DNA from: Paraspadella gotoi | Lineage: Eukaryota; Animalia; Chaetognatha | Length of the DNA stretch: 64,000 nucleotides | Reading direction: 5' to 3' | NCBI GenBank assembly: GCA_051294375.1 | Contig: CM119271.1 | Location: forward strand, 3,555,488 to 3,619,487 | Shown here: in pieces, positions 63,335 through 64,000 of the stretch | Numbering within the stretch: the first letter of the stretch is position 1 | Layout of the letters: each line of letters starts with the position of its first letter | Notes under the pieces: generated by a model | What the model was told of the DNA's origin: nothing | Seen by the model: only the letters and a program-made list of their open reading frames with translations | Database searches by the model: none | Program-made: the position numbers and the translations under genes

Positions 63335-64000
63335 TTAATCTCAGTCCGGTCCCCCTGCAACCCACTCTTTCCCTTCCCCCACCCCGCCTCCCCCCCTCTG
63401 ACCATTTTTCAAAGCCAAGTTTACAGTCGCGTCGTTTAAGAAGAGAACGCCTGCTAGTGTCGGTCAGCGGCGTTCGGGAGCCGTGCGGTTCGGTGCGACG
63501 CCGGCGACGGTCTATCGCCCATAAATCGGCTTCGCGCGAAAAAAAGAAAAGGACTTTGCTACGAACTGCGGGGCAGTTTGAGCTTTCCCCTGGTGATCTT
63601 TTTAATTTTTATTGTCATGCGTTGTACTTGCGAAAATCATAAACAATTAAAGTCGACTGGGGTAACCTGAAGATGAACATTTCATATTTCAAAAAAAGGT
63701 TCAGAATAAATATATTTATTACTAATAGCATCCAAGAAGCTTTTCTCTAATTGAATGCGACATGGATAATTTTTGTTTTATTTGGTTTAAACCACATTCA
63801 TTTATTTCTAAATTTCACAAGAGAAGTCTTACGCATCTCCCTACTCCGTTCATCCGTCCCACTATTCACTGATACTGTGACTTCAACCTCCTACAGATTT
63901 TTTTTTCTCCCCGGTACATGTGTTGTTCGTTTGTTTACGACGAGAACGAATCGTATGTGTCAGAGTTTTAGGACAGTGAAGTACGTCCCTGAGAAAAGAG

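Overview
Eukaryotic draft-assembly DNA from an invertebrate, probably a spiralian/lophotrochozoan (inferred from the tektin paralogue). It has AT-rich introns, abundant (GA)n microsatellites and many N gaps. Four spliced genes can be reconstructed with phase-consistent splice sites. (1) The 3' end of foxJ1 (+, 1-1122). (2) The 3' five exons of a NALCN auxiliary factor (FAM155/NLF-1/Mid1) gene (-, 3661-8221); these lie in an 8.5-kb block that is repeated in an indel-ridden copy after a 25-N gap, probably a gap-filling artefact. (3) A Tektin-3/5-type gene with 10 visible exons (+, 21675-29130) and one GC-AG intron. (4) A ~2138-aa multi-C2H2 zinc-finger gene (-, 30217-37627). The most notable observations are a pair of compensating frameshifts that hide a perfect C2H2 finger in an alternative frame of the zinc-finger gene, and degraded NALF-like exons at ~44.9-45.6 kb suggesting that tektin and the zinc-finger gene are nested in one NALF intron. 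Also present are a histone-H3-tail-like relic and several small unclassified mobile elements. The last ~17 kb is mostly gaps and repeats with no supportable gene.
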